64,000 bases of DNA from Verrucomicrobiota bacterium (lineage in GTDB: Bacteria > Auribacterota > JABMQX01 > JAFGEW01). Location of the stretch: NCBI GenBank assembly GCA_016931415.1, contig JAFGEW010000027.1:4550-68549 (forward strand), in the 5' to 3' direction. Below are positions 29,705-40,091 of the stretch, one piece after another (positions within the stretch are counted from its first letter, which is position 1; each line of letters begins with the position of its first letter). The notes below the pieces were generated by a model. It had not been told where the DNA came from. It searched no databases and was given only the letters and a program-made list of their open reading frames with translations. The translations under genes and the position numbers were made by a program.

Positions 29705-31780
29705 CTAGACCTTCACCTCGACCAGGTGCGGCGCCATGGCCGGCACGGGAGCCTTGATGGTCAGCCGCGACCCTTTGAGCGCCCACTGGGCGCCGTCGAC
29801 CGTCAGATCCTTCGAGGCAACCAGACCCACGCGCCCGAGATCGAGCGCCTTGCGCAGTGTACGCTTCCGGCCGGCGAGATTGAACAGGTTTATCACCGCG
29901 CCGCGGCCGGGCAGCACGTGCACGTGCGCGTGTGGGTCGATGCCCCAGAACGTGCCGTGCGTATAGTAGCGCCGCAGCCGCTTGTAGACCTTCACCGCCG
30001 CCTTGAGCTTCTTGAAGTAGTCGGACCTCACGTCCTTGACACCGCCGATGCCGAGCCGCCGCACGAGCGATGCGTACCACCAGAACACGAGCAGGTTGTC
30101 ATTGTCCTGCCCGAGGTTGACGTGCAGATACATCGGGATCGAGTAGCACAGGTTGTAGTGGTAGAGCGTCTCGGCGCGGCCCGACGTGAGGTCGTTCATG
30201 CAGTCCCACATCAGTTCGAAGCCCCAGAGCTCATCGAAGCTGCCGGGCAGTCCGTGCTGAAAGTGCATCGGGTGGTAGTCCTGAGGACCGGAGGCGATCC
30301 GGTCGTGTGCCTCGAGCAGCACGTCGGGGTGCTTCGACTTGACCCCCTGGTACAGCCCAAGCAAGCCGTTCGCATGGTCGATGCGCCGCGACGGCACGGG
30401 GTGGCCGTGCGCGCGGTCGTGACACTCGGTGCCCGGCAGGAAGTCGGTGAAGTCGATCATGAGCCAGCTCGCGCCGTCGCGGCACAGGCGGTGCAGCCGC
30501 TTGACCTTCTCGTCGAGCCAGGCCGACGCCGTGCACGGGGCGCGCAGCTTCCAGCACGAGGCGATCTCGCCGCGCTCGTCGGTGCGGTAGAGGCCGGCAT
30601 ACTCGGTCGCGCTGTTGGTATTCTGCATCGTGTGCAGCGCCAGGTCGAGCCCGTGCTTCGTGCCGAGATGCTCGGCGAACGCGCGCTGCCGGCCCAGGCG
30701 CTTGGTGTCCCACTTCGTCGAGCCCTCGACCGTGTCCCATCGCGGGTCAAGGTAGAGGGCCTCGCAGCCGGCGGCCTTGGCGCGCACCGCTTCGGCCTCG
30801 AGGTCGTCGCGCGAGTACGAGGGACCGGGCGGCGTCGTCACCTCCCAGCCGCAGTTATACAGCACGTTCCAGAAGAGCTTGGGCCGGTAGCCGGGCGGCG
30901 CGATGTGGCCCCGCTCGTCCATCGCCTCGCGGAACAACCGGCATGCCTCCATCCAATCGCCGTCGAACAACACGTAGCGCGTCGCGCCGAACGCAAACGA
31001 CGACCGCGCCTCGAGCACGGCGGTCTCCTCCGGATCGCCACGGTACAGGCCCGCGCCGCCGAAGCGCAGCACGCCGGCGTGGCCCAGCCGCTCCGCCTTG
31101 AGCACGCTGAACTCGATCGAGCCGCCGTTGTGCTTGAGCACGAGGAGCCCGTGAGAACCGTCCGTCAGGCTCCAGCCCTCGGCCGCGTAGTCGGGCAGCT
31201 TGCCCGGCTTGGCCTCGGCCAGCTCGAGCGCGGTGAAGGCCTCGCGCCCGCGGTCAATGCGCAGTCCCTGCCGGCGCTGGAACGGCAGCGAACGCAGCGC
31301 GCAGCCGCGCAGCGCAGCAACGGGGATCCCGCCGGCCGTGTCGGCGAGCCGCTTGCGGAACCCGAACGCCACGTCGCGCACATGGACCGGCGCGTGGCCC
31401 ATGTTGCGCAGCGTGATCGCCTCCTCGAACCACGGCCTATTGGCAGGGATAACAAACCGCTGGGTAAAGTACAGATCGTCGGGCGCCGTCTTGCCGGGGA
31501 AACGCAGCCGGCCGGTGAACGTCAGCTCGACAAACGCCCGCGGGTGGAACCGGGTCGAGAAATCAACAAGCTCGGCGCCCAGGCTCGTCGCCGCCGGCTC
31601 GCCGAGCTTGAGCCGATAGGCATAGTCCTCGTCGGCGAAGCACACGCCCGAAGCCGCACTGAGCAGCCGGCACGGCGACAATCGGTGCCGCACGTCGACC
31701 TCCAGCTCGAGGAACTGGTTGCCGGCCGTCAACACATTGTGAAGGACCGAAAGCCTCGCCCCTATCGTCCGGCTCCCCAT
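29705..31780 (-). CDS. Hypothetical protein, about 690 aa; possibly glycoside-hydrolase-like.
   Basis: Long ORF with conserved-looking Trp and acidic residues (YLDPRWDT, WGFELMWD). The start is uncertain and no family could be called. Confidence 0.4.
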   Translation of the reverse strand: MGSRTIGARLSVLHNVLTAGNQFLELEVDVRHRLSPCRLLSAASGVCFADEDYAYRLKLGEPAATSLGAELVDFSTRFHPRAFVELTFTGRLRFPGKTAPDDLYFTQRFVIPANRPWFEEAITLRNMGHAPVHVRDVAFGFRKRLADTAGGIPVAALRGCALRSLPFQRRQGLRIDRGREAFTALELAEAKPGKLPDYAAEGWSLTDGSHGLLVLKHNGGSIEFSVLKAERLGHAGVLRFGGAGLYRGDPEETAVLEARSSFAFGATRYVLFDGDWMEACRLFREAMDERGHIAPPGYRPKLFWNVLYNCGWEVTTPPGPSYSRDDLEAEAVRAKAAGCEALYLDPRWDTVEGSTKWDTKRLGRQRAFAEHLGTKHGLDLALHTMQNTNSATEYAGLYRTDERGEIASCWKLRAPCTASAWLDEKVKRLHRLCRDGASWLMIDFTDFLPGTECHDRAHGHPVPSRRIDHANGLLGLYQGVKSKHPDVLLEAHDRIASGPQDYHPMHFQHGLPGSFDELWGFELMWDCMNDLTSGRAETLYHYNLCYSIPMYLHVNLGQDNDNLLVFWWYASLVRRLGIGGVKDVRSDYFKKLKAAVKVYKRLRRYYTHGTFWGIDPHAHVHVLPGRGAVINLFNLAGRKRTLRKALDLGRVGLVASKDLTVDGAQWALKGSRLTIKAPVPAMAPHLVEVKV

Positions 31781-31865
31781 CGGCCAGCGCTCCTGCTGCG
31801 TGTCGGGCCACAGTCTCCCACCGCGGCACCCCGTGGTCAAGGCCAATGCCAACCCGGCCTGTCTC

Positions 31866-32774
31866 TCAGACCGCGCCCGTGCGCGCCCGCAGATCCTCGT
31901 AGAACGCGATCTCGGCCGCCTTCATGTACGGCGTCAGCCACAAGAACCCGATTCCACAGGTGAGCACGCACAGGAACGCCCACCCGATGAAACTCAAGTC
32001 GAGCGGAAAGAGACGCCCCTTGTGCCCGTCCATCATCTGCTTGCTCGTGCTGATCGCCGCCAGTGGCCGCGTTGCGGGCTTATCAGCGATGATGTAGAAA
32101 ACCATCCGGTAGGAATAGAGCGCGATGATGCCCGGGATAATCAGCAGCAGCGACCAAAGAACAACCAGGAGCAGCCTGAGCATGTACGTGTTGATCGCGG
32201 TGCCCAGGTTGCTGAAGCCCTCGAACAGCCGGCTCAGGCTCGCCGGATAGCCGCGCGTGAACGTCAGAAAGAAGATCGCCAAGCCCAGCTCGAACGGTCC
32301 CACGATAATGATCTGCACCAGCCCGCCGAGGGGCCCCAGGAGATTGCCCGCTCCAAACGCGATCCCCCAGCAGATGAAGAGCGCGGCGATCGCGTTGCCC
32401 CAGTTGTCGCGCAGCGTCTTCCTTGCGCGGTTCCGAAGCTCATCGCTCGCCGGGAAGGCGCGGTTCGTATACGCGTACGCCGCTGACCCCCCGATCGCTG
32501 GCGCGCCGCCGTACAATGGCCACGCCCCCGGCTGCACCGGCGGAACGGCGGCCTGCACCGGCGGCACGCCCGTCGGCGGCGGCATACCTACCTGCAGCGG
32601 CTGCGCCACGGGAAACAGGTTGGGAACCAGAACCGCCTTTGACCAGTTCTGGCCCATCGTGCTGTTCCAGACATAGTCGGTTGGCCTGAGCTGGCCGCTA
32701 CGGGCCAGGCGCTGCAGCTCCTCCCACGACACCGGCCCGTACTGCAGTCCCTCAAGCGCGTAGAACCAGTCCAT
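31866..32774 (-). CDS. Membrane protein: N-terminal GYF/DUF4339-like domain, Pro-rich linker, C-terminal multi-TM domain.
   Basis: MDWFYALEGLQYGPVSWEELQRLARSGQLRPTDYVW, followed by four hydrophobic helices. Confidence 0.5.
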   Translation of the reverse strand: MDWFYALEGLQYGPVSWEELQRLARSGQLRPTDYVWNSTMGQNWSKAVLVPNLFPVAQPLQVGMPPPTGVPPVQAAVPPVQPGAWPLYGGAPAIGGSAAYAYTNRAFPASDELRNRARKTLRDNWGNAIAALFICWGIAFGAGNLLGPLGGLVQIIIVGPFELGLAIFFLTFTRGYPASLSRLFEGFSNLGTAINTYMLRLLLVVLWSLLLIIPGIIALYSYRMVFYIIADKPATRPLAAISTSKQMMDGHKGRLFPLDLSFIGWAFLCVLTCGIGFLWLTPYMKAAEIAFYEDLRARTGAV

Positions 32775-32879
32775 GCATCTCCCCTCGACGGCACGGCGCC
32801 TCGCACAACGGCGTCTCACCGGGGCTCTGCGCCGCGTCGGGTTCCTGTTCCCGGACAGGAATAGCACGCACGGCGGGAC

Positions 32880-33761
32880 TCAGAACAGCTTTTCCTGCGA
32901 CGCTTGCGTCGTCGAGATCCCTTTCAGCTCGGGGAAGCGGTCGTGCATCGCCGGCGGCGTCGGCACACACGCTTCCTTGACCAGGAACTTGAGCTGGAGC
33001 GCGTTGGCCACGGCTTGGCCTTGGAAGTGGTTGTTGGTGATGACGTAGGTCTCCTTGGTCTGCTCGGCCACCGCGCGGATGCGCTCGATCCACGGTTGAA
33101 GCTCGTCGATCGAATAGTAGTAGTTGTAGCGCTCGTCGCGTCCGGCGTCGGCCTTGAACCAGCTCTCCGTGTTCTGGCCGTGCAGCCGGATGTAGCCCAC
33201 CCGGCTCGTCGCGAGCTGCGTCGGCCGGAGCTGGCTGCGGAACAGCGGCTGGTCGATGTTGCAGAACCCCACGCCGCGCTCGGCGAGCATCTCGTAGACT
33301 ACTTCGTTGTCCCACGAGGCGTGGCGCACCTCGAGCACGAGCGGGTAGTCCTTGAACCGCTCGATGAGCCGCTTGAGGTAGAGCGAGCTGTCGGGGAAGA
33401 ACCTGAATGACCACGGAAACTGCATGAGCAGGCAGCCGAGCCGGCGCGCTTCGACGATCGGATCGATACCGGCGCGAAACGCCGTCTCGTCCGCTTCGGT
33501 GATGGCGCGCCGCTCGTGAGTGAACTTCTGCTGGAGCTTGAGCGTGAACTTGAACCGCGGATTGTCCGAGGTGCGCCGCACCCAACTCGCTGCCGCGCGC
33601 GCCGCCGGCGCACGGTAGAACGTGCTGTTGATCTCAATCGTGTCGAAATACTGCGCGAGATAGGCGAGCGGATCGAACCCCGCCGGCTTCCGCGACGGGT
33701 AGACAACCCCCTCCCAATCGTCGTACGACCACCCGGCCGGCCCGATCCGAAGCGTCTCCAT
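32880..33761 (-). CDS. DUF72 (YecE-like) family protein.
   Basis: LRIGPAGWSYDDWEGVVYP...YFDTIEINSTFYR is the typical DUF72 N-terminus. Confidence 0.7.
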   Translation of the reverse strand: METLRIGPAGWSYDDWEGVVYPSRKPAGFDPLAYLAQYFDTIEINSTFYRAPAARAAASWVRRTSDNPRFKFTLKLQQKFTHERRAITEADETAFRAGIDPIVEARRLGCLLMQFPWSFRFFPDSSLYLKRLIERFKDYPLVLEVRHASWDNEVVYEMLAERGVGFCNIDQPLFRSQLRPTQLATSRVGYIRLHGQNTESWFKADAGRDERYNYYYSIDELQPWIERIRAVAEQTKETYVITNNHFQGQAVANALQLKFLVKEACVPTPPAMHDRFPELKGISTTQASQEKLF

Positions 33762-33856
33762 CCCCGGCTTCTGAGCGCTCAGATTCTGATCGCTCGGATT
33801 CCCGTCCGCGTCGATCATGGCGTCGCCCTCACAACGCGTGCCGTCGCGTGCGACGG

Positions 33857-36800
33857 CTAGAACTCCGACAGGACCCTGTAGTAGTATTCGACGAGCGCCT
33901 GGTACTCGGGCGGGCACGTCTCGTCCTTCGGCAGGAGGACCTTGCGTGCCTTGACCAGCACGTCGATGCGCTGAACGACCGTGTCGAGCGCCTGCTCGAG
34001 CTGCTCGGCGGCCGTCTCGATCCGCTCGGTGTCTTCCATGCCCGGATCGGTCGACGTGTGCTCGCGGCTCAGGATCTCGCCTGCCTTCTTCGCGTGTTCG
34101 CCCGCCGTCTTGGTCTCGGCGTTCTCGCTGAGGTTCTCACCTTCGGCGGTAAGCTGCTCGGCGAGGCTGTCCATCTCCTCGTCACTCGGCTCGCCGTTGC
34201 GCATCGACTCGAGCTGCTCGCGCGCCTCGGTGAGCGCCGTGGCCGATTCCCACAGCCGCTCGAGCTCCGACGTGGTCAGAATCTTGTACGCGCGCTCGAG
34301 ATCGGCCCGCGCCGCATCGATCCGCTCGAGGACGCGGTCCTGCTTCGCCATCGCATCGTCCGCACGCCCCTCGACGATGTCCGTGCGACTCCCCTCGACG
34401 GCCGACTTGAACTCCTCGGAGCCGAGCGTCTCCTTCGCCTGCTCGATGCGTTCGCGCGCCTCGCTGCCGGCCGTGCCGGCCTGTTCGACCACGGTCGCAA
34501 GCTTATCCTCGAGCGCCCCCGCATCGTCGCCGACCCACTTCTGCTGCAGGGCCGTCTTCTCGCGCTGGCCCTCGGTCGGATCGTCCTGCGTCAGCGCATC
34601 GGTGCGCTCGCGCACGCGCTTCTCGTCGCTCTTGAGCCGGTCGGCGTCGCCGATCGCCTGGGCAAGGTCCTCGAGCAGCGCCTGGCCGTAGAGCTTCTGC
34701 AGGTCCTCCAGCCCTTTGGCCAGCCGCTCCTCGGCAAGCTCGCCCGACGACGAGGCGTTTGCCAGGTTGCCCTCGCTCAGGTAGCGCTCGGCCGTCGCCA
34801 TCTCGCGCCGCGCCTCGCGGAAGTCCTTCGAATCCGGCTGGTACTTGTCGCCCGTGGCCAGATCGTCGAGCAGCGTCACGATCTCCTGTACGAGCGTACC
34901 GGCCGCGCCTTGCTTCTCGGAAAGCTGCGCGGCCTTTGTGCGCTTCTGGTCCGCGCTCGGCGTCGGGTCAGCCTCGATCTCCTCCTGCGCGCGGTTCAGG
35001 CCGCGCTGCTCGGCGACCGCCTCCTTCGCTTTGGCAATCGCTTCGAGGAGCTTCTCCTTCTCGGTCTTCGACAGCGAGCGCAGCGCCTCGGCCGCCAGGT
35101 TGGCCGCCTCGCGAAGGTCCTTGCGCGCCTCTTCCTGCTCGGGCTGCGCGCCGGAGATGTCGCCGCTGCCCAGCTTCTCGACGGCGCGCTCCATCGCGTC
35201 CTGGATGTCGCCCGACGCAAGCTGCTCGGCGACCTCCTTGACCTTCTCGCCCGCCTCCGGATGTTCATCACGCACCTTCGGCGCGATTGCCTCGGCGTCC
35301 TTGGCCAGATCATCGATCGTCCCCTTGAGGCTCTCCTGCTGCCGGCCCGTCTCGGCCAGATTCGAGACATCGCCCGCCGAATCCGCCGCGTCTTCCTTAA
35401 GCAACTCCTGGAAGCGGCTCGCCTCGTCGAGATCGCGCGCAAGCCGCTCAAGCGAGCGTTCGAGGTTGCGTTGCTCGGCGGCGGCGATCTCCTGCATCAC
35501 CGTGTCGAGTAGCCGCTCGGCGTCGACGCCCTCCTTGAAGCCTTCCTCGTAGCTCGGCTTGTCGAGCTGCTCGGCTGCCTCATCCATCTTCGCGCTTGCC
35601 TTCTCGGCGCTCGTCGGCGCCTTGCTGCTCAGGCTCGGATCCTTCTTCGCCATCTCGGCAAGCTCGCTGGCGGCGGCCTTCGTCTCGTCGGCGAGTTGAC
35701 GCTGGCGCTGCGGGAGACCCTGGCCCTGGCCCTCGCCTTCGCCCTTGCCCTCGCCCTCGCCCTGGCCCTCCTTCGACTGCGTGCTCTCGCTGCCGCTCTG
35801 CGGCTGGGTGCTGGGCTGCGCGCCGGGTTTCTGCTGTTCGGCCTGGCTCGCCATTTCCTCGTTCAGGTCGTGCTGGCGATCCTTGAGCTCCTCGATCTCG
35901 CTCTTCTGCTCCTCGAGCTTCTCGCGGCGCTCCTCCTCGCGCTCGCGGCCCATCTCGGCCGCCTTCTTCTGCGCCAGTTCGAGTGCTTGGCGGAGTTGCT
36001 CTTTCTTCTGCGCTTCGGACATGCTGCTCGAGTCCTGCGAGACGAGATGCTCAAGGTCGGCCAACGCCTTGTAGAGCGCCCCGAGCGCCTGCTGCTCTGG
36101 ATCCGTGGCGCCCTGTGTGTCGAGAGCGTGCAGCAACAGAACCGCGGCGTCCATAAAGTCAGCGGCACGCTCGATCGCCTGCACCTTGCCGATCTCGTTC
36201 TCCATCTCCAGCGCAAGCAGCTCGGCCTGGAGCGTCACGGCGAAGTCACGCGCAAGCAACGCATTGTCGAACTCGAGCGAGGCAATCGACATGATCCGCT
36301 CCTCGACCTCCGGCTCGATCGGATCCGTCAACGCGTTGAGCACACCGAACGTCTTCTGGATCACCTCCTTCTGAATCCGGATCAGCTCGCCAAGCACGTC
36401 GAGCTTCGGCGCCATCGGCAGTCCCGAACCCTCCTTGAGCCGGTAGCGTTCCTCGTACGGCATGATCTCGAGAAAGTAGACGGTCGATCGCCCCTGCTTG
36501 GGCGACGGCGCGATCGCGTCGTTGTCGATGGCGAAGACGTAGTAGCTCACGATGTCGTGCGGCTCGAGCGGGTAGTCCTCGAGCATGATCACCGCCTCAC
36601 CCTGCGCGTTGAGCGTGCGCGTGTCGAATTCCTGCACGATCTGGCGTTGCTCGCCCTCCATGCGCACGTTGAGCGCCAGGCCGATCTTCGAGATGCCGTA
36701 GTCGTCGGCCACCTCGAACTCGATCGGCACCTCGCTCGTCTTGGTCACCTTCATGTCTTGGCCCGGATGGATGATGCGCACGTCGGGCACGGTGTCTTTG

Positions 36801-37960
36801 AGGGCGGTGATCGCGTACTGCTTGCGCTGACGGTTCACGTGCCCGTACTCGTCCTCGATCACGATCTCGTACAGGCCGTCTTGCTCGACGGTGAATGCGC
36901 CGCTCGCGTTGCGTCCATTCTCGCTGATCGCGAGCGGCACCACCGTGCCGTCGGCGCGCACAAGCCGCGCGCGATCGAGCTTCGTGTTCGCATGCGCGTT
37001 GAGCGTCACCTTCGTCCCGCGCAACGCCACGATGTCGCCCTTCTTGATCGTCTGCTTCGGGAGCTGCGTATAGGCCGGGAAGAGGAGCTCGGCACTGATC
37101 GCGTCGACTTTCGGGTCGGGATAGACGATCACCTCGTAGGTGGGCGAGGTCGCGTCGCCCGCCTCGACGTAGTATGAGAACGGGCTCGAGAGCCGCGTGA
37201 ACTCGAACGAGGCCGACATGTGCCGCACCCGGCCCCGTTCCAGGTCGAGCTTCTCGCTGATCCACTCGCCCTTGTCGTTCTCGAAATGGATCGTCGCCTC
37301 GTCCGGGATGCGGCCCGAGAGCTCGGCGTAGATCGTCAGGTCGCTCAGCTCCTCGCACTCGACGCTGCCCGGCTGCACGTCGAGTTGCGTGAAGGTCCGC
37401 TCCTGCCATGGCGTGATCGCGCGCAGCAGCGCCGTCCGCCCGTTCGGCACCAGCCCGGCGAACAGCCCCAGCCCAACGACGAGCGCCACGAGCGCCACAA
37501 ACGGCCACCGTACCCGCGCCCAGCGCACGCTGCGTCGCAGCGGCAGCACGCTGATCCGCTCGCGCGTCTGCCCCGCAAGCGCCTCCTTCATCTCGTCGCT
37601 CGTGTAGTGCGTGCGTCCGTACGGATCGACCGTGTACTCGACCGTCGTCGCGAGTGTCGCCCGCAGATCGGGGAACGTCTCCTCGACATCCCACGAGAGC
37701 TTGAGGATGCCGAGCCACCGCAGGATCGGCACGACGACGAGCCCGGCGACAAGCACGAGCCCGCTCAGCACGAGCCCGGCGAACAACAGCGTGCGCAGCC
37801 ATTGCGCAACCGAGACGTGGAGGTCAACAGATGACAACACGAGCGAGCCGAGGCACACGACGGCCAGCACGACGGCCGCGCCGAACGTGACGTAGAACCA
37901 CCGCTTGCTCCCCTGGAGCCCGCGCAGCCTTCGCTCGATGTATCTCACGTCGTCGTTCAT
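33857..37960 (-). CDS. Giant coiled-coil membrane protein (1367 aa): two N-terminal TM helices, a central beta-rich region and a roughly 800-aa E/K/A/Q-rich coiled coil. It is the terminal gene of the Bat-like operon and may belong to the DUF4175 family.
   Basis: ATG (MNDDVRY) preceded by AGGAGAAAGG, 16 nt after the stop of the VWA protein gene. The upstream 200 codons of the ORF-track call are Ser/Arg/Cys-rich and unlikely to be coding. Confidence 0.65.
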   Translation of the reverse strand: MNDDVRYIERRLRGLQGSKRWFYVTFGAAVVLAVVCLGSLVLSSVDLHVSVAQWLRTLLFAGLVLSGLVLVAGLVVVPILRWLGILKLSWDVEETFPDLRATLATTVEYTVDPYGRTHYTSDEMKEALAGQTRERISVLPLRRSVRWARVRWPFVALVALVVGLGLFAGLVPNGRTALLRAITPWQERTFTQLDVQPGSVECEELSDLTIYAELSGRIPDEATIHFENDKGEWISEKLDLERGRVRHMSASFEFTRLSSPFSYYVEAGDATSPTYEVIVYPDPKVDAISAELLFPAYTQLPKQTIKKGDIVALRGTKVTLNAHANTKLDRARLVRADGTVVPLAISENGRNASGAFTVEQDGLYEIVIEDEYGHVNRQRKQYAITALKDTVPDVRIIHPGQDMKVTKTSEVPIEFEVADDYGISKIGLALNVRMEGEQRQIVQEFDTRTLNAQGEAVIMLEDYPLEPHDIVSYYVFAIDNDAIAPSPKQGRSTVYFLEIMPYEERYRLKEGSGLPMAPKLDVLGELIRIQKEVIQKTFGVLNALTDPIEPEVEERIMSIASLEFDNALLARDFAVTLQAELLALEMENEIGKVQAIERAADFMDAAVLLLHALDTQGATDPEQQALGALYKALADLEHLVSQDSSSMSEAQKKEQLRQALELAQKKAAEMGREREEERREKLEEQKSEIEELKDRQHDLNEEMASQAEQQKPGAQPSTQPQSGSESTQSKEGQGEGEGKGEGEGQGQGLPQRQRQLADETKAAASELAEMAKKDPSLSSKAPTSAEKASAKMDEAAEQLDKPSYEEGFKEGVDAERLLDTVMQEIAAAEQRNLERSLERLARDLDEASRFQELLKEDAADSAGDVSNLAETGRQQESLKGTIDDLAKDAEAIAPKVRDEHPEAGEKVKEVAEQLASGDIQDAMERAVEKLGSGDISGAQPEQEEARKDLREAANLAAEALRSLSKTEKEKLLEAIAKAKEAVAEQRGLNRAQEEIEADPTPSADQKRTKAAQLSEKQGAAGTLVQEIVTLLDDLATGDKYQPDSKDFREARREMATAERYLSEGNLANASSSGELAEERLAKGLEDLQKLYGQALLEDLAQAIGDADRLKSDEKRVRERTDALTQDDPTEGQREKTALQQKWVGDDAGALEDKLATVVEQAGTAGSEARERIEQAKETLGSEEFKSAVEGSRTDIVEGRADDAMAKQDRVLERIDAARADLERAYKILTTSELERLWESATALTEAREQLESMRNGEPSDEEMDSLAEQLTAEGENLSENAETKTAGEHAKKAGEILSREHTSTDPGMEDTERIETAAEQLEQALDTVVQRIDVLVKARKVLLPKDETCPPEYQALVEYYYRVLSEF
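35719..35771. repeat. In-frame hexanucleotide simple repeat (gccct[cg] x9) encoding GEGEGKGEGEGQGQG within the giant gene.
   Basis: Read directly from the sequence. Confidence 0.7.
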
Positions 37961-37976
37961 CGCATCCGCCTTTCTC

Positions 37977-40076
37977 CTAGACGTGCGTCCGGTTTGCCAG
38001 CCAGGTCTCGCTGAGCATGATGGCCAGTAGACCGATGAACAGGTACTGCCAGATCTCGTCCCGGTCGGCGGCATCCTCGTCGCCCAGCCCGGCGCGCGCC
38101 GGACCGTCGGTCTCGCCCGAGAGAATCTTGCGGAACTCGACCACGCTGCACGCGCGCAGATCCGACTCCACGGGATTGACGGTGATCGCGAGCGCGTTCG
38201 CCCGCCCGTCGTCGAACAGCAGCGTATACAAACCCGGTGCCTCCGTCTCGCGCAGCGCGCTGCGGTCCGCGAGCTCAAGCACGCGACCGCCCGGGTCGAA
38301 CACCTTGGCAAGCCCCTCGGGCAGCGCGACCGGCTCGCCGACGAAGTACGAGTGCTCGGCCGCCGCTGTATCGGTGACGCCACAGAGATAGCCGGCCATG
38401 CGGTGCAACAGCGGCAAATAGACCTTGCGCTTCGGCAGGTCGGTCCACGCCTCGTCGCCGCTCGTCGGCACAAGGAGCACGCGGCCGGCGCCGAACTGCT
38501 TCTCGACAAGGATCGGCCGCCCGTCGTTGAGAAACGCAAGAGCACGCGCCTTGCCTTCATCGAAGGCGCCGAGCCGGTGGATGCGCTGGAAGCGCGGCAC
38601 GCTCAGGTCGCCTGCGGCCGGGTCGAGGAACGGCTGAAAGACCGGGTGCTTCTCGTCAAAGCTCGTGATCTCCCAGAAGACCGACGCGTCTACGAGTGTG
38701 CCCGCCGCCGGCTCGAGCGCCGCCGGCAGCAACCCTTCGCCATCCTTGTAGAGGTCGCGGTTGTACTGGATGATGGAAGCTTTGTCGCCCGTGAAGACGA
38801 GCAGCCCGCCACCGTCGCGCACGAACCGCTCGAGCAGCGCCACGGTGCCCTCGTCGAAGAAATCGACGTTGGCCAGCACGACGGCGTCCTGCCCCTCGAG
38901 CGCCGGTGCGCTGAGCTCGCCGGGCGAGATGACCTGCGGCGCGAACATCGTCGTCCCCGGCTCCTCACCGAGCCGGAACGGGTTGAGCGCCACCTCGATG
39001 TAGTGCGTCTCGCGGAAGTACGCAATCTGCGACGGCGTCCCGTTGACGAGCAGCACGTGGAGTGCACGCCGTACATCGAGCACCGCGTAGGCTGCGTTGT
39101 CGGTCCCAAGGGCGTCATCGACGTCCAAGCTCACCCCGATCCCGTACAGCCCAGGGTCTGCAAACGTATGCTCGAATTCCACGGTCGTCGTCCCGCCTGG
39201 GCCGAGTGAGACGCGCTGCTTGCCGGCCACACCGCCGCCGGCCTCGAGCGTTGCCAGCACCGAGCAGGGCGCCGTGCCGTAGTTGCGCACCTGCGCCTGG
39301 ACCGTCACCGGTGCGCCGCTCTGGAGAAAGCGCCCGACGGCCTCGAGCTTGGTGACCGCCACGTTGGCGGGCGCGTGCGTCAGGTCGGGAATCTCGAGAA
39401 CCACGCCGCGTCTGAGTCGCACGTCGCCCAGCATGCCGAGGCCGCCCATCTGGAGGTCGCTGACGAGGAACATCGCCTTCTGCCTCGCGTGTCCTGCACG
39501 CGCGCCGTCCCAGTCGAACGCCGCCTGCGCCGCCGCGATCGCCGTACCGAAGTTCGTCGTGCGCGTCCCGGGCGTGATCCGTTCCACGGCGGCGAGCACG
39601 GCGCCGAAGTCGTCCGTCATCGCCTGCACAAGCTCGGGCGTCTCGTCAAAGGCAATGACAGCCGCCGTGTCGCCCGGCTTGAGCTCCTTGATCCTCTCGA
39701 TCGCGTAGGCGCGGCCGTGCTCGATCTTCGTGCCGCCCAGCTCACTCTCCGCCCCCATGCTGTAGGAGCGGTCGACGAGGAACACGACCTCCTGGGCGCC
39801 CGGCCCGATGCCAGCGAGCGCCTCGTCGCGAAGAAACGGCCGCGCAAACGCAAAGACAATCAGCCCGACGATGAGCACGCGCATCGCCAGGAGAATGATC
39901 TGCTTGATCCGGTTGCGGCGCGCGTTTTCGCGCGTGGCGATCTTGAGGAAACGCAGCGTGCTGAAGACGATCTTCTTGCGCCGCTTCTTGAACAGCAGAT
40001 GGATGATGATCGGCGCCGACACCGCACCGAGCACGTACAGAAACGGCGCGTTGAGATAGCTGACGGCGATCAGCAT
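37977..40076 (-). CDS. BatA-like protein: N-terminal TM / Bat_N region, von Willebrand factor A domain, C-terminal TM.
   Basis: VWA core VVFLVDRSYSMG (DxSxS MIDAS). N-terminus IIIHLLFKKRRKK typical of BatA. Confidence 0.75.
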   Translation of the reverse strand: MLIAVSYLNAPFLYVLGAVSAPIIIHLLFKKRRKKIVFSTLRFLKIATRENARRNRIKQIILLAMRVLIVGLIVFAFARPFLRDEALAGIGPGAQEVVFLVDRSYSMGAESELGGTKIEHGRAYAIERIKELKPGDTAAVIAFDETPELVQAMTDDFGAVLAAVERITPGTRTTNFGTAIAAAQAAFDWDGARAGHARQKAMFLVSDLQMGGLGMLGDVRLRRGVVLEIPDLTHAPANVAVTKLEAVGRFLQSGAPVTVQAQVRNYGTAPCSVLATLEAGGGVAGKQRVSLGPGGTTTVEFEHTFADPGLYGIGVSLDVDDALGTDNAAYAVLDVRRALHVLLVNGTPSQIAYFRETHYIEVALNPFRLGEEPGTTMFAPQVISPGELSAPALEGQDAVVLANVDFFDEGTVALLERFVRDGGGLLVFTGDKASIIQYNRDLYKDGEGLLPAALEPAAGTLVDASVFWEITSFDEKHPVFQPFLDPAAGDLSVPRFQRIHRLGAFDEGKARALAFLNDGRPILVEKQFGAGRVLLVPTSGDEAWTDLPKRKVYLPLLHRMAGYLCGVTDTAAAEHSYFVGEPVALPEGLAKVFDPGGRVLELADRSALRETEAPGLYTLLFDDGRANALAITVNPVESDLRACSVVEFRKILSGETDGPARAGLGDEDAADRDEIWQYLFIGLLAIMLSETWLANRTHV

Positions 40077-40091
40077 CGGCTCCGCATCCTC

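Noticed and set aside
29726-31963. 745-aa plus-strand ORF.
   Set aside because: Antisense shadow of the 29705-31780 gene. Extreme Arg/Ala/Pro content.
33848-37177. Plus-strand ORFs 33848-35512 and 35696-37177.
   Set aside because: Leu/Arg/Ala-rich mirror images of the E/K/A-rich coiled-coil codons of the giant minus-strand gene.
37961-38560. First 200 codons of the ORF-track call 33857..38560 (MKARRVLLRFSTTGG...).
   Set aside because: Ser/Arg/Cys/Thr-rich and overlaps the 3' end of the BatA gene. A proper SD + ATG (MNDDVRY) occurs at 37960, so the upstream part is treated as non-coding extension.
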